Shown here: piece after piece, positions 25,317 through 33,584 of the stretch
Numbering within the stretch: the stretch's first letter is position 1
Layout: the number at the start of each line of letters is the position of its first letter
DNA from: Bacilli bacterium
GTDB taxonomy: Bacteria > Bacillota_I > Bacilli_A > RF39 > UBA660
Assembly: GCA_017472015.1 (NCBI GenBank)
Contig: JAFURC010000049.1
Location: 22,220 to 86,219, forward strand
Length of the DNA stretch: 64,000 nt
Direction: 5' to 3'
Position numbers and translations under genes: made by a program
The notes under the pieces: model-generated
The model's database searches: none
Told to the model about the DNA's origin: nothing
The model's input: the letters and a program-made list of their open reading frames with translations, nothing else

Positions 25317-26120
25317 ATGGAAGATAGAATGAGAGTTAGTTATGATCAAATAAAAAAAGCAAACGAGGAAATTGAAAATATAAAACTAGGAAACAAAGGA
25401 TATGCCCAAGTAAACGAAAGAATTAAGGCGTTTAGGAAGGTTTATCCTACTGGACCTATTGAAACTACTATCGAGGAAATACGAGATGATTATGTTCGTA
25501 TTATGGCTAAAGTCAGCAATGAAGATGGCGAGGTTTTAGCAACAGGTAGAGCAAGCGAAGCTTTAACTGGTGATGCCAAAAAGGATTACATTAACAAGAC
25601 TTCAATGATTGAGAATTGTGAAACTTCAGCAGTAGGTCGTGCTTTAGGTTTTGCTGGGTTTGGCGTTGATAGTGCAATAGCAAGTGCGGAAGATATCGAG
25701 AGAAATAAAGCAAATTCAAAAACGTATGAAATCTATACAAACATGTTTATTCGTGAAGATGACGCCATCAAAGTTATTAAAACTTGTATTGCCGATTTAA
25801 TGCGAAAGATGGGAGTAGTTAAAGCAAGTTTAGGTGAAAAAGTTCAAAACGAATTGTGGACTTCACTTGAAGAAATGGGTGCTAATCAGTTAAAAAAATT
25901 GGAAACTAAATTAACAACTTTAAACATGAAAACTAACACTTGGCATGATTTATATAACGAGAATCTAAAAATTAAAACAGTGGTTCCAATAGGTCAAGAA
26001 GTAAGTTATGAGAGTAGTTCAGAGAAATTTGGTAAGTTAGCACTTGAAAGAGCGGGAACTGATGAAATGTTAAGAAATGAAATAATAGATTTCTATTCGG
26101 AAATGGGAACAAAACTATGA
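25317..26120 (+). CDS. Candidate Rad52/Sak-like single-strand annealing protein
   Basis: NCETSAVGRALGFAGFGVDSAIASAEDI resembles the Rad52-type ...A.A.fGlG....GED motif; an SSB gene follows. Confidence 0.45.
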   Translation: MEDRMRVSYDQIKKANEEIENIKLGNKGYAQVNERIKAFRKVYPTGPIETTIEEIRDDYVRIMAKVSNEDGEVLATGRASEALTGDAKKDYINKTSMIENCETSAVGRALGFAGFGVDSAIASAEDIERNKANSKTYEIYTNMFIREDDAIKVIKTCIADLMRKMGVVKASLGEKVQNELWTSLEEMGANQLKKLETKLTTLNMKTNTWHDLYNENLKIKTVVPIGQEVSYESSSEKFGKLALERAGTDEMLRNEIIDFYSEMGTKL

Positions 26121-26347
26121 TTTACCAAAAATTAGATGAAAATGAATTAGAAATCATTAAAAGAGTAAGTGAGAAGACATTTACTGATTATGAGTTGTTA
26201 GGTGAATTTATTCCAAACGAAAGTTTTATGTCAATAATTAAAGATTTACTATTTACGGTAGAAAGTTTAGAAGAAGAGTTAGAAGATTCAGAAAAAGAAA
26301 AGAGAGAACTTTATAGACCAATTACAAGAGAGGAAGAATTATTATGA
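26117..26347 (+). CDS. Hypothetical acidic protein
   Basis: ATGA-coupled ORF. Confidence 0.5.
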   Translation: MIYQKLDENELEIIKRVSEKTFTDYELLGEFIPNESFMSIIKDLLFTVESLEEELEDSEKEKRELYRPITREEELL

Positions 26348-26832
26348 ATCAAGTAGTTCTAGTAGGTAGATTAACAAAGAAACCAGAAGTTAGATACAAT
26401 GCTAACAATATAGCGATTTGTCGATTTAATATTGCAATAGATAGACCTAAATCAAAGGATAAAGAAGAAAGTGAAACAGATTATCCGGCTTGTGTATGTT
26501 TCAACAATACAGCAATTAATCTAGTTAAATACCAAGATAAAGGAAGTTTGCTAGCAATATCAGGAAGACTACAAACTGGATCTTATGATGATAAAGATGG
26601 TAAAAAAGTTTATACAACTGAAGTAAAGGTTAAAGAGATACAATTCTTGTCTTCCAAAAATTCTAAATGTGAACATGAATGTGGACAACAAGGTGAACAA
26701 CAAAGTGGTACACAAAATGATACACAAAGTGATACAGAAGTAGATAGATATAGTCAAATGAGTACGACTACTGTTATGAATGAAGATTATAATCCTGAGT
26801 TGCAAATTAGTGACGATATGTTGCCGTTTTAG
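26344..26832 (+). CDS. ssb: Single-stranded DNA-binding protein
   Basis: MNQVVLVGRLTKKPEVRY OB-fold start; acidic tail ending DDMLPF. Confidence 0.9.
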   Translation: MNQVVLVGRLTKKPEVRYNANNIAICRFNIAIDRPKSKDKEESETDYPACVCFNNTAINLVKYQDKGSLLAISGRLQTGSYDDKDGKKVYTTEVKVKEIQFLSSKNSKCEHECGQQGEQQSGTQNDTQSDTEVDRYSQMSTTTVMNEDYNPELQISDDMLPF

Positions 26833-26841
26833 GAGAAGTGT

Positions 26842-27078
26842 ATGCTAAAGATAAAAAATGATGTGGATTTAAAAGAATTAGAGAAATATGGATTTAAATC
26901 AGTGTTTTATATAAATGTAGGAACGATCTACAAAAAGGCAATAATGAGAGGTATTGAAATTAATAATTTCGTTATTGGTTCAGATAGAATTATTCACTAT
27001 AATCAAATGTCAGTACATAATGAATTAGAGGATGTCATATATGACTTAATTCAAGATGGACTAGTAGAAAAGATTTAG
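26842..27078 (+). CDS. Hypothetical protein, paralogue of 31410..31664
   Basis: Shared MLKIKxxVDLKELEKYGF and YDLIxDGLVEK termini. Confidence 0.55.
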   Translation: MLKIKNDVDLKELEKYGFKSVFYINVGTIYKKAIMRGIEINNFVIGSDRIIHYNQMSVHNELEDVIYDLIQDGLVEKI

Positions 27079-27082
27079 TATT

Positions 27083-27520
27083 ATGAAAGGAACAAGTGAA
27101 AAATTAGTTCAATGGTTATTTAATCAAGATAGAACTAAAATATTTGAAATCAAAGAATTTAAAGAAAAGAGAAGTTTAAGTCAAAATGCTTATGCTTGGA
27201 AGTTAATTACTCAAATAGGTGATATTTTAAGAAAATCAAAAGAAGAAGTATATTTGCAAATGTTAAAGGATTATGGTCAAAGTGAAATAGTAAGTATACT
27301 TTCTTCTATTAATCCAAAAGGTTATTTTAAGTATTATGAGGAAGTAGGTATAGGAATAGTTAATAGTAAAGAATTTACTCATTACAAAATATTTAAAGGT
27401 TCTAGTGAGTTTGATAGTAGGGAAATGACAATATTTATAGATGGAATAATACAAGAGTGTAATCAATTAGGAATTCCTACATTAACACCTAACGAGATAC
27501 AAAGTTTAAGATTAAATTAA
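27083..27520 (+). CDS. ninB: NinB-like recombination protein
   Basis: KEKRSLSQNAYAWKLITQIGD parallels lambda NinB ERNRSLDQNRKLWACLGD; similar length (145 aa). Confidence 0.55.
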   Translation: MKGTSEKLVQWLFNQDRTKIFEIKEFKEKRSLSQNAYAWKLITQIGDILRKSKEEVYLQMLKDYGQSEIVSILSSINPKGYFKYYEEVGIGIVNSKEFTHYKIFKGSSEFDSREMTIFIDGIIQECNQLGIPTLTPNEIQSLRLN

Positions 27521-27531
27521 GGAGAAGTTAA

Positions 27532-27810
27532 ATGAAACAACTAGATATATATGGTAACGAAATATCATTAGAAGAAACAGAAAGTAAACCACTAGATCAT
27601 CAAGGTGGAAGAACAACTTTGAAGACTTGGTTTAGAAATTGTCATGGTTTTAGACAAGGATTTTATTGTAAAAATTGCAAGTTCTTTGAAATAAAAATGA
27701 GAAAAGGACAAGTATATCATAAGTGCGTTAAAATGAGTACTTCATCGTGTAGAGAAACTGACATTAGAAAGAATGACATTGCTTGTAATTTGTATGAATC
27801 TAAAAAATAG
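27532..27810 (+). CDS. Hypothetical Cys-rich protein
   Basis: GGAG RBS; CHGF...CKNCKFF...HKC. Confidence 0.55.
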   Translation: MKQLDIYGNEISLEETESKPLDHQGGRTTLKTWFRNCHGFRQGFYCKNCKFFEIKMRKGQVYHKCVKMSTSSCRETDIRKNDIACNLYESKK

Positions 27811-27822
27811 AGGAGATAAGTT

Positions 27823-28173
27823 ATGATCAGAATAATGAATAAAAAAGCATTTACAAGGCAATTGCGAGCTTTAAGAAAATATTTTACAAAAGCATATAAA
27901 CAATTTCTTTTTGAAGTTCTTGATGAAATGAAAAGAGTAAGTAAAGAAGATGGCTATTATTTTACTACTTTAGATATTGATGAGTTATTTAATAAAGTTT
28001 ATGGTCAATTAAAAGTCAATTATATTGTTAAAGATGGAATAGTTTATATAGAAAATTTTGAGCCAGCAGATATATTACAAGAAATGTATTTTAAATTATT
28101 GCCAACATATGAAGGAATACCTTATAGGAATGAAAAAGATTTATTTAAAATTAAATTATTAAAAGGAGTTTAA
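27823..28173 (+). CDS. Hypothetical protein
   Basis: GGAG RBS. Confidence 0.55.
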   Translation: MIRIMNKKAFTRQLRALRKYFTKAYKQFLFEVLDEMKRVSKEDGYYFTTLDIDELFNKVYGQLKVNYIVKDGIVYIENFEPADILQEMYFKLLPTYEGIPYRNEKDLFKIKLLKGV

Positions 28174-28175
28174 AA

Positions 28176-28700
28176 GTGAAAAAAGAATTTAAATTGGGGT
28201 TTTGGGATTGGAATTTGAATAAAAAAAGATATATTAATCTATATTTTGAAAAGCAAGATAAAGTACAAGAATTAATTTTACAAAATAAAGAATTAGAAAA
28301 TGATTTAACAAGTGCTACTAGCGAATTTCTTGCTAAAAAAGAAAAATATAAATCAACTATTGAAGATTTACAAAAGCAGTTAATTGATAAATCAAATAGA
28401 GTATTAGTACTTGATCAAGCAGTATCTGATAGAAATAAAGAGATTCAAGAATTACATTACGAACTATCAAACATTAATTTAAGATTAGATAAAAAGATTA
28501 AAGCCTTTAATAAAATTCGTGGTTCTATTGGTGGTTATCAGAAAGAATTAAATAAGTTAAGAGAAGAATTTTCACTTGCTAAAAAGAAAATATCATTTTT
28601 GAAAGATAAAGTTCCTAGAAAAACTTTAGAAGAGATTAAAGCTTATGATTATGGTAGAAGAGAAGTTTTAAAAAGGAGTAAAACAAATAGTAATGATTAG
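28176..28700 (+). CDS. Hypothetical coiled-coil protein
   Basis: GTG start after AAAGGAG. Confidence 0.5.
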   Translation: MKKEFKLGFWDWNLNKKRYINLYFEKQDKVQELILQNKELENDLTSATSEFLAKKEKYKSTIEDLQKQLIDKSNRVLVLDQAVSDRNKEIQELHYELSNINLRLDKKIKAFNKIRGSIGGYQKELNKLREEFSLAKKKISFLKDKVPRKTLEEIKAYDYGRREVLKRSKTNSND

Positions 28701-28761
28701 TTTTATATTAGGAGGATTATTTGGAATTATGCTTATGTGTATATTTCAAATTAATAAGTAG
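28693..28761 (+). CDS. Candidate 22-aa hydrophobic mini-protein (MISFILGGLFGIMLMCIFQINK)
   Basis: ATG overlaps the end of the upstream gene; single TM-like segment; below the track cut-off. Confidence 0.3.
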   Translation: MISFILGGLFGIMLMCIFQINK

Positions 28762-28769
28762 GAGGAGAT

Positions 28770-29015
28770 ATGAAAAAATTAAAATTATTAATTATACCAG
28801 CTTTAACATTATTGCTATGTGGGTGTGGAAATAGGGATATGTGGGATACAAACTATACATTTCATAAAGCAATATGTGAAATTGGCGGAGAATATAAAGA
28901 AATAAAAATCAAACAATGGAGTGATTATGATGGTGAGCAAATTCAAATCATTTCAAAAGATGGAAATACATATTTAGTATCAATGAATAATTGTACATTA
29001 ATTAAGGAGTATTAA
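28770..29015 (+). CDS. Prophage lipoprotein
   Basis: GGAGGAG RBS; lipobox LLLCGC after a signal peptide. Confidence 0.65.
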   Translation: MKKLKLLIIPALTLLLCGCGNRDMWDTNYTFHKAICEIGGEYKEIKIKQWSDYDGEQIQIISKDGNTYLVSMNNCTLIKEY

Positions 29016-29398
29016 TGAAGATAATAGATTTATTTAGGAAAATAGCAAATGGAGAAGAAGCACCAATGAAATTTAAATATGACAATCATATTTTTATCTT
29101 TGATGATAAAACAAATGATTATATTTATGCAGATGGAAATGTATCATTTTTCACTGATTATTTTAGTTATATATATCATTTAGAGGATATATTGATGTTA
29201 TTAAATGATGAAATAGAAATAATTGAAGAAAAAGAAAAAATAGAAGAATTAAATTTAAATCATGGATATTATTTACCTTCAAAGGAATTTGTAGAAGATT
29301 ATGAGTTTAAAAAATTTGTATTAGATGAACTATTTGCTCAATATGATAAAATCAACGAATTAGTAAAAGCAGTAAACGAATTAAGAAAGGAAAAGTAA
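29015..29398 (+). CDS. Hypothetical protein
   Basis: ATGA-coupled ORF. Confidence 0.55.
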   Translation: MKIIDLFRKIANGEEAPMKFKYDNHIFIFDDKTNDYIYADGNVSFFTDYFSYIYHLEDILMLLNDEIEIIEEKEKIEELNLNHGYYLPSKEFVEDYEFKKFVLDELFAQYDKINELVKAVNELRKEK

Positions 29399-29400
29399 AT

Positions 29401-29688
29401 ATGGAATTATGGATAAGAAGTCAAAATAAAAAAAGATTAATGAAAGTTGAAATGGTTGAATTTGATAAACAAATAGATGGACCAGCGATAATATATTCAC
29501 ATGAATATATGTTAGGTGAATATAAAACAAAAGAGAGAGCATTGGAAGTTTTAGATGAAATACAATGCAAAATAGCACAAAATGAATGCTTAAAAACAAT
29601 GATGATTAAATTAAATAGTATAAAAGGAGAAGAAGAAAAGATAGGCAAATTGTTTAAGGAAACAATATATGAAATGCCTGAAAAGTAA
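29401..29688 (+). CDS. Hypothetical protein
   Basis: ORF tightly packed after the preceding gene. Confidence 0.55.
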   Translation: MELWIRSQNKKRLMKVEMVEFDKQIDGPAIIYSHEYMLGEYKTKERALEVLDEIQCKIAQNECLKTMMIKLNSIKGEEEKIGKLFKETIYEMPEK

Positions 29689-29690
29689 AT

Positions 29691-29759
29691 ATGAATAAAA
29701 AAGCAATAATAATATTCATTTTAATACTTTTAATGGTATTGGGGGTGATGTGGGAATGA
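29691..29759 (+). CDS. Candidate 22-aa hydrophobic mini-protein (MNKKAIIIFILILLMVLGVMWE)
   Basis: ATG 2 nt after the upstream stop; ATGA overlap with the next gene; below the track cut-off. Confidence 0.3.
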   Translation: MNKKAIIIFILILLMVLGVMWE

Positions 29760-29959
29760 ATAAGGAAGAATATAAAGTAATGGAAGAAATAAAAAGATTA
29801 GTTGATGAAATGTTAGCAACTATTAGAAGAAAAGAAAGTGATATTAAGGTATTACAAGCAGAAATAGAACAATTATATGTGTTTATTAATAATGTTGAAC
29901 ATATAGGCGAATTAGAAAGTTATAGATTGGAAAGGTTAAAGGATAGTGATATTAAATGA
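29756..29959 (+). CDS. Hypothetical protein ending LKDSDIK
   Basis: GGGGGTG RBS before ATG 29756. Confidence 0.5.
   Translation: MNKEEYKVMEEIKRLVDEMLATIRRKESDIKVLQAEIEQLYVFINNVEHIGELESYRLERLKDSDIK
29936..29955 (+). repeat. Gene-junction repeat copy 1 (TTAAAGGATAGTGATATTAA)
   Basis: Identical 20-mer at 30079 and 30348. Confidence 0.9.
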
Positions 29960-30102
29960 ATATGGAAGATACAGAAATTCAAATTATTTCATCAAAAAGT
30001 GCTTTAGATTTAAGTGAAATATTTGAAAATAGTAATAATATAGAGGGATTTAAAGAAAATGTAAAAGAAATAGAAGAATTAAAGGATAGTGATATTAAGT
30101 GA
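29956..30102 (+). CDS. Candidate 48-aa ORF ending LKDSDIK
   Basis: ATGA overlap upstream and GTGA overlap downstream; fills an otherwise empty gap; below the track cut-off. Confidence 0.4.
   Translation: MNMEDTEIQIISSKSALDLSEIFENSNNIEGFKENVKEIEELKDSDIK
30079..30098 (+). repeat. Gene-junction repeat copy 2
   Basis: Identical 20-mer. Confidence 0.9.
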
Positions 30103-30371
30103 AAGTAGAAAAAATATTTAATGAGTTAGGATTTAAAAAAGTAGATGGTTATACAGGAATTATGTATATAAAAGAAACTTTTGAAAATTTTGAATTAATA
30201 GGTAAAATGGCAAAAAGAATTTTTGTTCATTTTGTAGATAACAAAGTTAATGTTTCAAAAAGTTTTTTTATAGGTGCAGGAACTGATGAAGGAATTGATA
30301 TGGAACTATTAAAAGCCATAAATAAACAATGTGAAGAACTAGGATGGTTAAAGGATAGTGATATTAAATAA
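30099..30371 (+). CDS. Hypothetical protein ending LKDSDIK
   Basis: GTG start within the junction repeat. Confidence 0.5.
   Translation: MKVEKIFNELGFKKVDGYTGIMYIKETFENFELIGKMAKRIFVHFVDNKVNVSKSFFIGAGTDEGIDMELLKAINKQCEELGWLKDSDIK
30348..30367 (+). repeat. Gene-junction repeat copy 3
   Basis: Identical 20-mer. Confidence 0.9.
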
Positions 30372-30372
30372 T

Positions 30373-30819
30373 ATGAGTGAAGAGAAAAAACTAAGAGTTA
30401 GAGAAAATGCTAAAAGATATTATCATAAAAATAAAGAAAAAATTTTAAAAAGACAAAAAGAATATGCTAAAAAAAGATATAGGGAAGATGAAAAATTTAG
30501 AAACAAAATCAAAGAAAAAAATAAAAATTATGTTATAAACAATCCAGAAAAAGCAAGAGAAATAAAAAGAAAATCACAATATAAATATATTAACAAAAAA
30601 AGACTAAGTGGCGAATTGCCATTAACTCAAAAAATGTTAATAGATAATTTACAACAAGAAAACCAACAACTAAAAGATAGAATTGATAAAGCAATCGAAT
30701 ATATAGAAAAATGTAATCCTGATGTTGATTTACATAACATGTTCTTAAATGAAAATTATATATCAAATTATGGTGCATGTGAATTATTAGAAATATTAAA
30801 AGGTGATAAAGATGAGTGA
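30373..30819 (+). CDS. Hypothetical basic repeat protein
   Basis: K/R-rich repeats (YYHKNKEKILKRQKEYAKKRY...); shares the ENxQLKxRIDKA module with 31169..31423. Confidence 0.5.
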   Translation: MSEEKKLRVRENAKRYYHKNKEKILKRQKEYAKKRYREDEKFRNKIKEKNKNYVINNPEKAREIKRKSQYKYINKKRLSGELPLTQKMLIDNLQQENQQLKDRIDKAIEYIEKCNPDVDLHNMFLNENYISNYGACELLEILKGDKDE

Positions 30820-30973
30820 AGAAGGAATAATTAAAATTCTTATAACAGATGGTTCAATTAGTTATGAAATAAAACTTCATAATTGGAGTGTAAATAGCAA
30901 TACTAGAGAATATTTGATTGAAAAAGCAACTGAATATATAAATGAGATTTTTGAAAGAGGTAAAGATGAATAA
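30812..30973 (+). CDS. Candidate 53-aa ORF
   Basis: ATG within GGTGATAAAGATGAG; fills a gap; below the track cut-off. Confidence 0.4.
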   Translation: MSEEGIIKILITDGSISYEIKLHNWSVNSNTREYLIEKATEYINEIFERGKDE

Positions 30974-31166
30974 AGAAGAATTAGAAAAAATATTTGATTG
31001 GTTAGAAGAAAATATGAATATGAGGAATTGGTTTGATTTTAAATTAACTGATAGAAATCAAATAAGTGCATATTGGAAAAATACGAATAAAATATTTGCA
31101 GTATATTATGTAAATGTAATAAAGAATATTTTAAAAGGTGGTAATGGTGTTAAAGGTAGGAGTTAA
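30966..31166 (+). CDS. Hypothetical protein
   Basis: ATG 30966 after GAGG (the track start 30942 lies inside the previous ORF). Confidence 0.5.
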   Translation: MNKEELEKIFDWLEENMNMRNWFDFKLTDRNQISAYWKNTNKIFAVYYVNVIKNILKGGNGVKGRS

Positions 31167-31168
31167 AG

Positions 31169-31423
31169 ATGATAACCGAAAATGAAAGATTTATAGAAAT
31201 ACAAGGTATATTAGCAATGTCTGATATACATCCAGCGGATTGTATTAAGATTAATGATTTAATAATTGAATTATCGAAAGAAAACCGACAACTAAAATAT
31301 AGAATTGATAAGGCACTTAAACTAATAAAAGAAAATGTAAAAGATGAATACGGAATTATTGATGTTGCTGTTGTTTGGGAAATTGAAAGTGTATTAGAAG
31401 GAGGTAAAGTTGTTAAAGATTAA
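31169..31423 (+). CDS. Hypothetical protein
   Basis: AGGAG RBS. Confidence 0.55.
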   Translation: MITENERFIEIQGILAMSDIHPADCIKINDLIIELSKENRQLKYRIDKALKLIKENVKDEYGIIDVAVVWEIESVLEGGKVVKD

Positions 31424-31664
31424 AGATAATGTAGATTTAAAAGAATTAGAGAAATATGGGTTTGTATATTTTATAAATGGTTGTAGAACTTATGGTTATT
31501 CTTATGAAGCTTTAAATGGTGGTTATTCTATTATTATTGAAAAAAATAATGAGTTTCCAAACTATCCTAATAAAAGAAAAATACCTCTTAATATTCCACA
31601 AGATTTATTATACGACTTAATAAAAGATGGACTAGTAGAAAAGGTAGAAGATAAAGATGAATAA
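31410..31664 (+). CDS. Hypothetical protein, paralogue of 26842..27078
   Basis: TTG start after GGAGG; a 26-nt identical stretch is shared with the paralogue. Confidence 0.5.
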   Translation: MLKIKDNVDLKELEKYGFVYFINGCRTYGYSYEALNGGYSIIIEKNNEFPNYPNKRKIPLNIPQDLLYDLIKDGLVEKVEDKDE

Positions 31665-31914
31665 AGAAGATTATTTCAAATATTATATTCAAGGTTCAGA
31701 TCATTATTTGATACCAAAAGATATATTTGATGAGTTATTTGATGAAATGATTAATTGGAAAAATGAAAGTAAACAATCAAAAAAAGTTATTTATGAATTG
31801 GAAAAATGGTTAAAAAGTTTTACAACCGAAGAATTTAATTATAATTTTTTAGTAGTAAGAGTAAAAGATATTTTTGATAAAGTAAATGAATTAAAAGGAG
31901 TTATAGATGACTAA
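31657..31914 (+). CDS. Hypothetical protein
   Basis: Coupled ORF. Confidence 0.5.
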   Translation: MNKEDYFKYYIQGSDHYLIPKDIFDELFDEMINWKNESKQSKKVIYELEKWLKSFTTEEFNYNFLVVRVKDIFDKVNELKGVIDD

Positions 31915-32035
31915 AGAAGAATTAATTAACTTTATTTACTATTTAGAAGATAAAGTTGAAGAATGTTATAAAAAAGAAGTTAGAAAAGCAGTTGAACGAG
32001 TTGTAAAGGAGATAGAAAAATATGAAAGTAAGTAA
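31907..32035 (+). CDS. Candidate 42-aa ORF
   Basis: ATG after AAAGGAG; fills a gap; below the track cut-off. Confidence 0.35.
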   Translation: MTKEELINFIYYLEDKVEECYKKEVRKAVERVVKEIEKYESK

Positions 32036-32309
32036 ACCAAAAGAAAATCAATTATTATTTGAAGATGATAATTTAAAACAATTAAAATTAGAAGTTAAAA
32101 GTAAGACAGGACTATCTAAAAGTGTATTAAATGAAATCTATGAGGGTTTAATTTTAGGTTATAGAACAGTTGGTATGGAGGCTAGTAAACAAGTGTTTGT
32201 TGGAGATAAATTGTCATTAATGACTTTATTTTCAAGTATGATAGAAAATATGCTTACATACAAAATATTAACTGAAAAAGAATTGCAACAAATGATAAAT
32301 TTGGTTTAG
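32022..32309 (+). CDS. Hypothetical protein
   Basis: GGAG RBS. Confidence 0.5.
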   Translation: MKVSKPKENQLLFEDDNLKQLKLEVKSKTGLSKSVLNEIYEGLILGYRTVGMEASKQVFVGDKLSLMTLFSSMIENMLTYKILTEKELQQMINLV

Positions 32310-32367
32310 AAAAAATCGAAAAAGAAAAGGAGTAGATAATCAAATAATTGGGGGTATTTGGTATAAT

Positions 32368-32790
32368 ATGGAGGTAATAGTGTATAAAGATTTAAAAGAT
32401 ATGCTTGAAGATAAAAAAATACTTGAAGAATTGGTTAAAGGTTTAGAAGAAACAATTAAATATAAAATTCAAAAAGAACTTGGATTACATAGTACAACTT
32501 TTTCTGAGTTAAAAGTAGAAACCATGAATGTAATTGATGATAAATTTGCAAGAGTATTTGCTAAACTGGAATCGTTAGATAAGAAAAGAGAATTAAGGCA
32601 AGGTGAATTAGATATTATAAACCATACATTAGATAAAATTGAGACAATGATAGAAAAAATGTCAGGTAAAGAGAAAAAAGTATTTAGATGTAGGTATTAT
32701 TGGGGATTATCAGTTAATCAAACTGCTGAAAGATTAGGGTATAGTCCTGATAGAGTAAAACAAATTACAAGAAATTTGTTTGAAAAGTGA
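32368..32790 (+). CDS. Sigma-70 region-4-like late transcription regulator (ArpU/RinA-type)
   Basis: C-terminal KKVFRCRYYWGLSVNQTAERLGYSPDRVKQITRN; last gene before the packaging module; alternative GTG start at 32380. Confidence 0.6.
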   Translation: MEVIVYKDLKDMLEDKKILEELVKGLEETIKYKIQKELGLHSTTFSELKVETMNVIDDKFARVFAKLESLDKKRELRQGELDIINHTLDKIETMIEKMSGKEKKVFRCRYYWGLSVNQTAERLGYSPDRVKQITRNLFEK

Positions 32791-33073
32791 AAGATTACAC
32801 TTTTATTACACCCCCTATGTGGTATATTTGATATGATGAAATCATTATATAGATTTTATCCTTCTTACACTAGTTAATTGCTAGTGTACTGAATAGTATA
32901 GGCGAATGTCGAAACGATATATTATTTAGTACAATATCACTTAGGCTTCTTTCATAACAAAACATACTAACTATTAAAGTTAGTATACTGATTATATCGG
33001 TGAAAGCTATAGTTTAACTATAATGAGTAGATATGATTGGTATAGTACTTTTAATAATATATAAATCACCTCT

Positions 33074-33098
33074 AAGAACTAGAAATAGTTCTTTTATA
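33074..33098 (+). terminator. Intrinsic terminator just upstream of the phage tRNA
   Basis: AAGAACTA/TAGTTCTT stem, loop GAAA, T-rich tail. Confidence 0.5.
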
Positions 33099-33099
33099 T

Positions 33100-33174
33100 T
33101 GTCTCGTAGCCAAAAGGTAAGGCATAAGGCTTTGAACCTTAGATGTATTAGTTCGAATCTAATCGAGACAACCA
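33100..33174 (+). tRNA. Phage-encoded tRNA-Gln (anticodon UUG)
   Basis: Hand-folded cloverleaf: acceptor TGTCTCG/CGAGACA (U1-A72), D arm GCC-AAAAGGTAA-GGC, anticodon stem TAAGG/CCTTA with loop CTTTGAA, T arm ATTAG-TTCGAAT-CTAAT, encoded CCA. Confidence 0.85.
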
Positions 33175-33189
33175 ATAATAGAGATAATT

Positions 33190-33570
33190 ATGAAAAATAT
33201 AACAAAAATAATGATTAATCGATATAGTATTAGCAAGATAGACTGGATGGGATATAAAGTTAGTAAAGATAATCCGTATACTTATCATCATCTATTAAAA
33301 AAAGAGAATGGTGGTAAAGAGACTATTGAAAATGGTGCTATTCTAACAAAGATAGGACATGAATACTTAAATATTATTGAGAGTAGAGATATAGAATTAT
33401 ACAACTATATAAACAATATTCTAAAGCAAATAAATGAACAAGGATTTATGCCACTTGAGAGGCAATTACTAGCAATAGATGCTATGTTAAAGATGTTTGA
33501 AAAAGATCATAGATATGATAGGATCAGTAAAAACAAGAGATTAATCAAAGAGAATTATTTAAAGAGATGA
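33190..33570 (+). CDS. HNH endonuclease (terminase-associated type)
   Basis: YTYHHLLKKENGGKETIENGAILTKIGHEYLN; lies upstream of terS/terL. Confidence 0.7.
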   Translation: MKNITKIMINRYSISKIDWMGYKVSKDNPYTYHHLLKKENGGKETIENGAILTKIGHEYLNIIESRDIELYNYINNILKQINEQGFMPLERQLLAIDAMLKMFEKDHRYDRISKNKRLIKENYLKR

Positions 33571-33584
33571 GGTGATAATTAGGT

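Noticed and set aside
33033-33218. 61-aa ORF in the track
   Set aside because: It runs straight across a well-formed tRNA-Gln cloverleaf and a terminator hairpin, and it has no RBS. It is most likely spurious.
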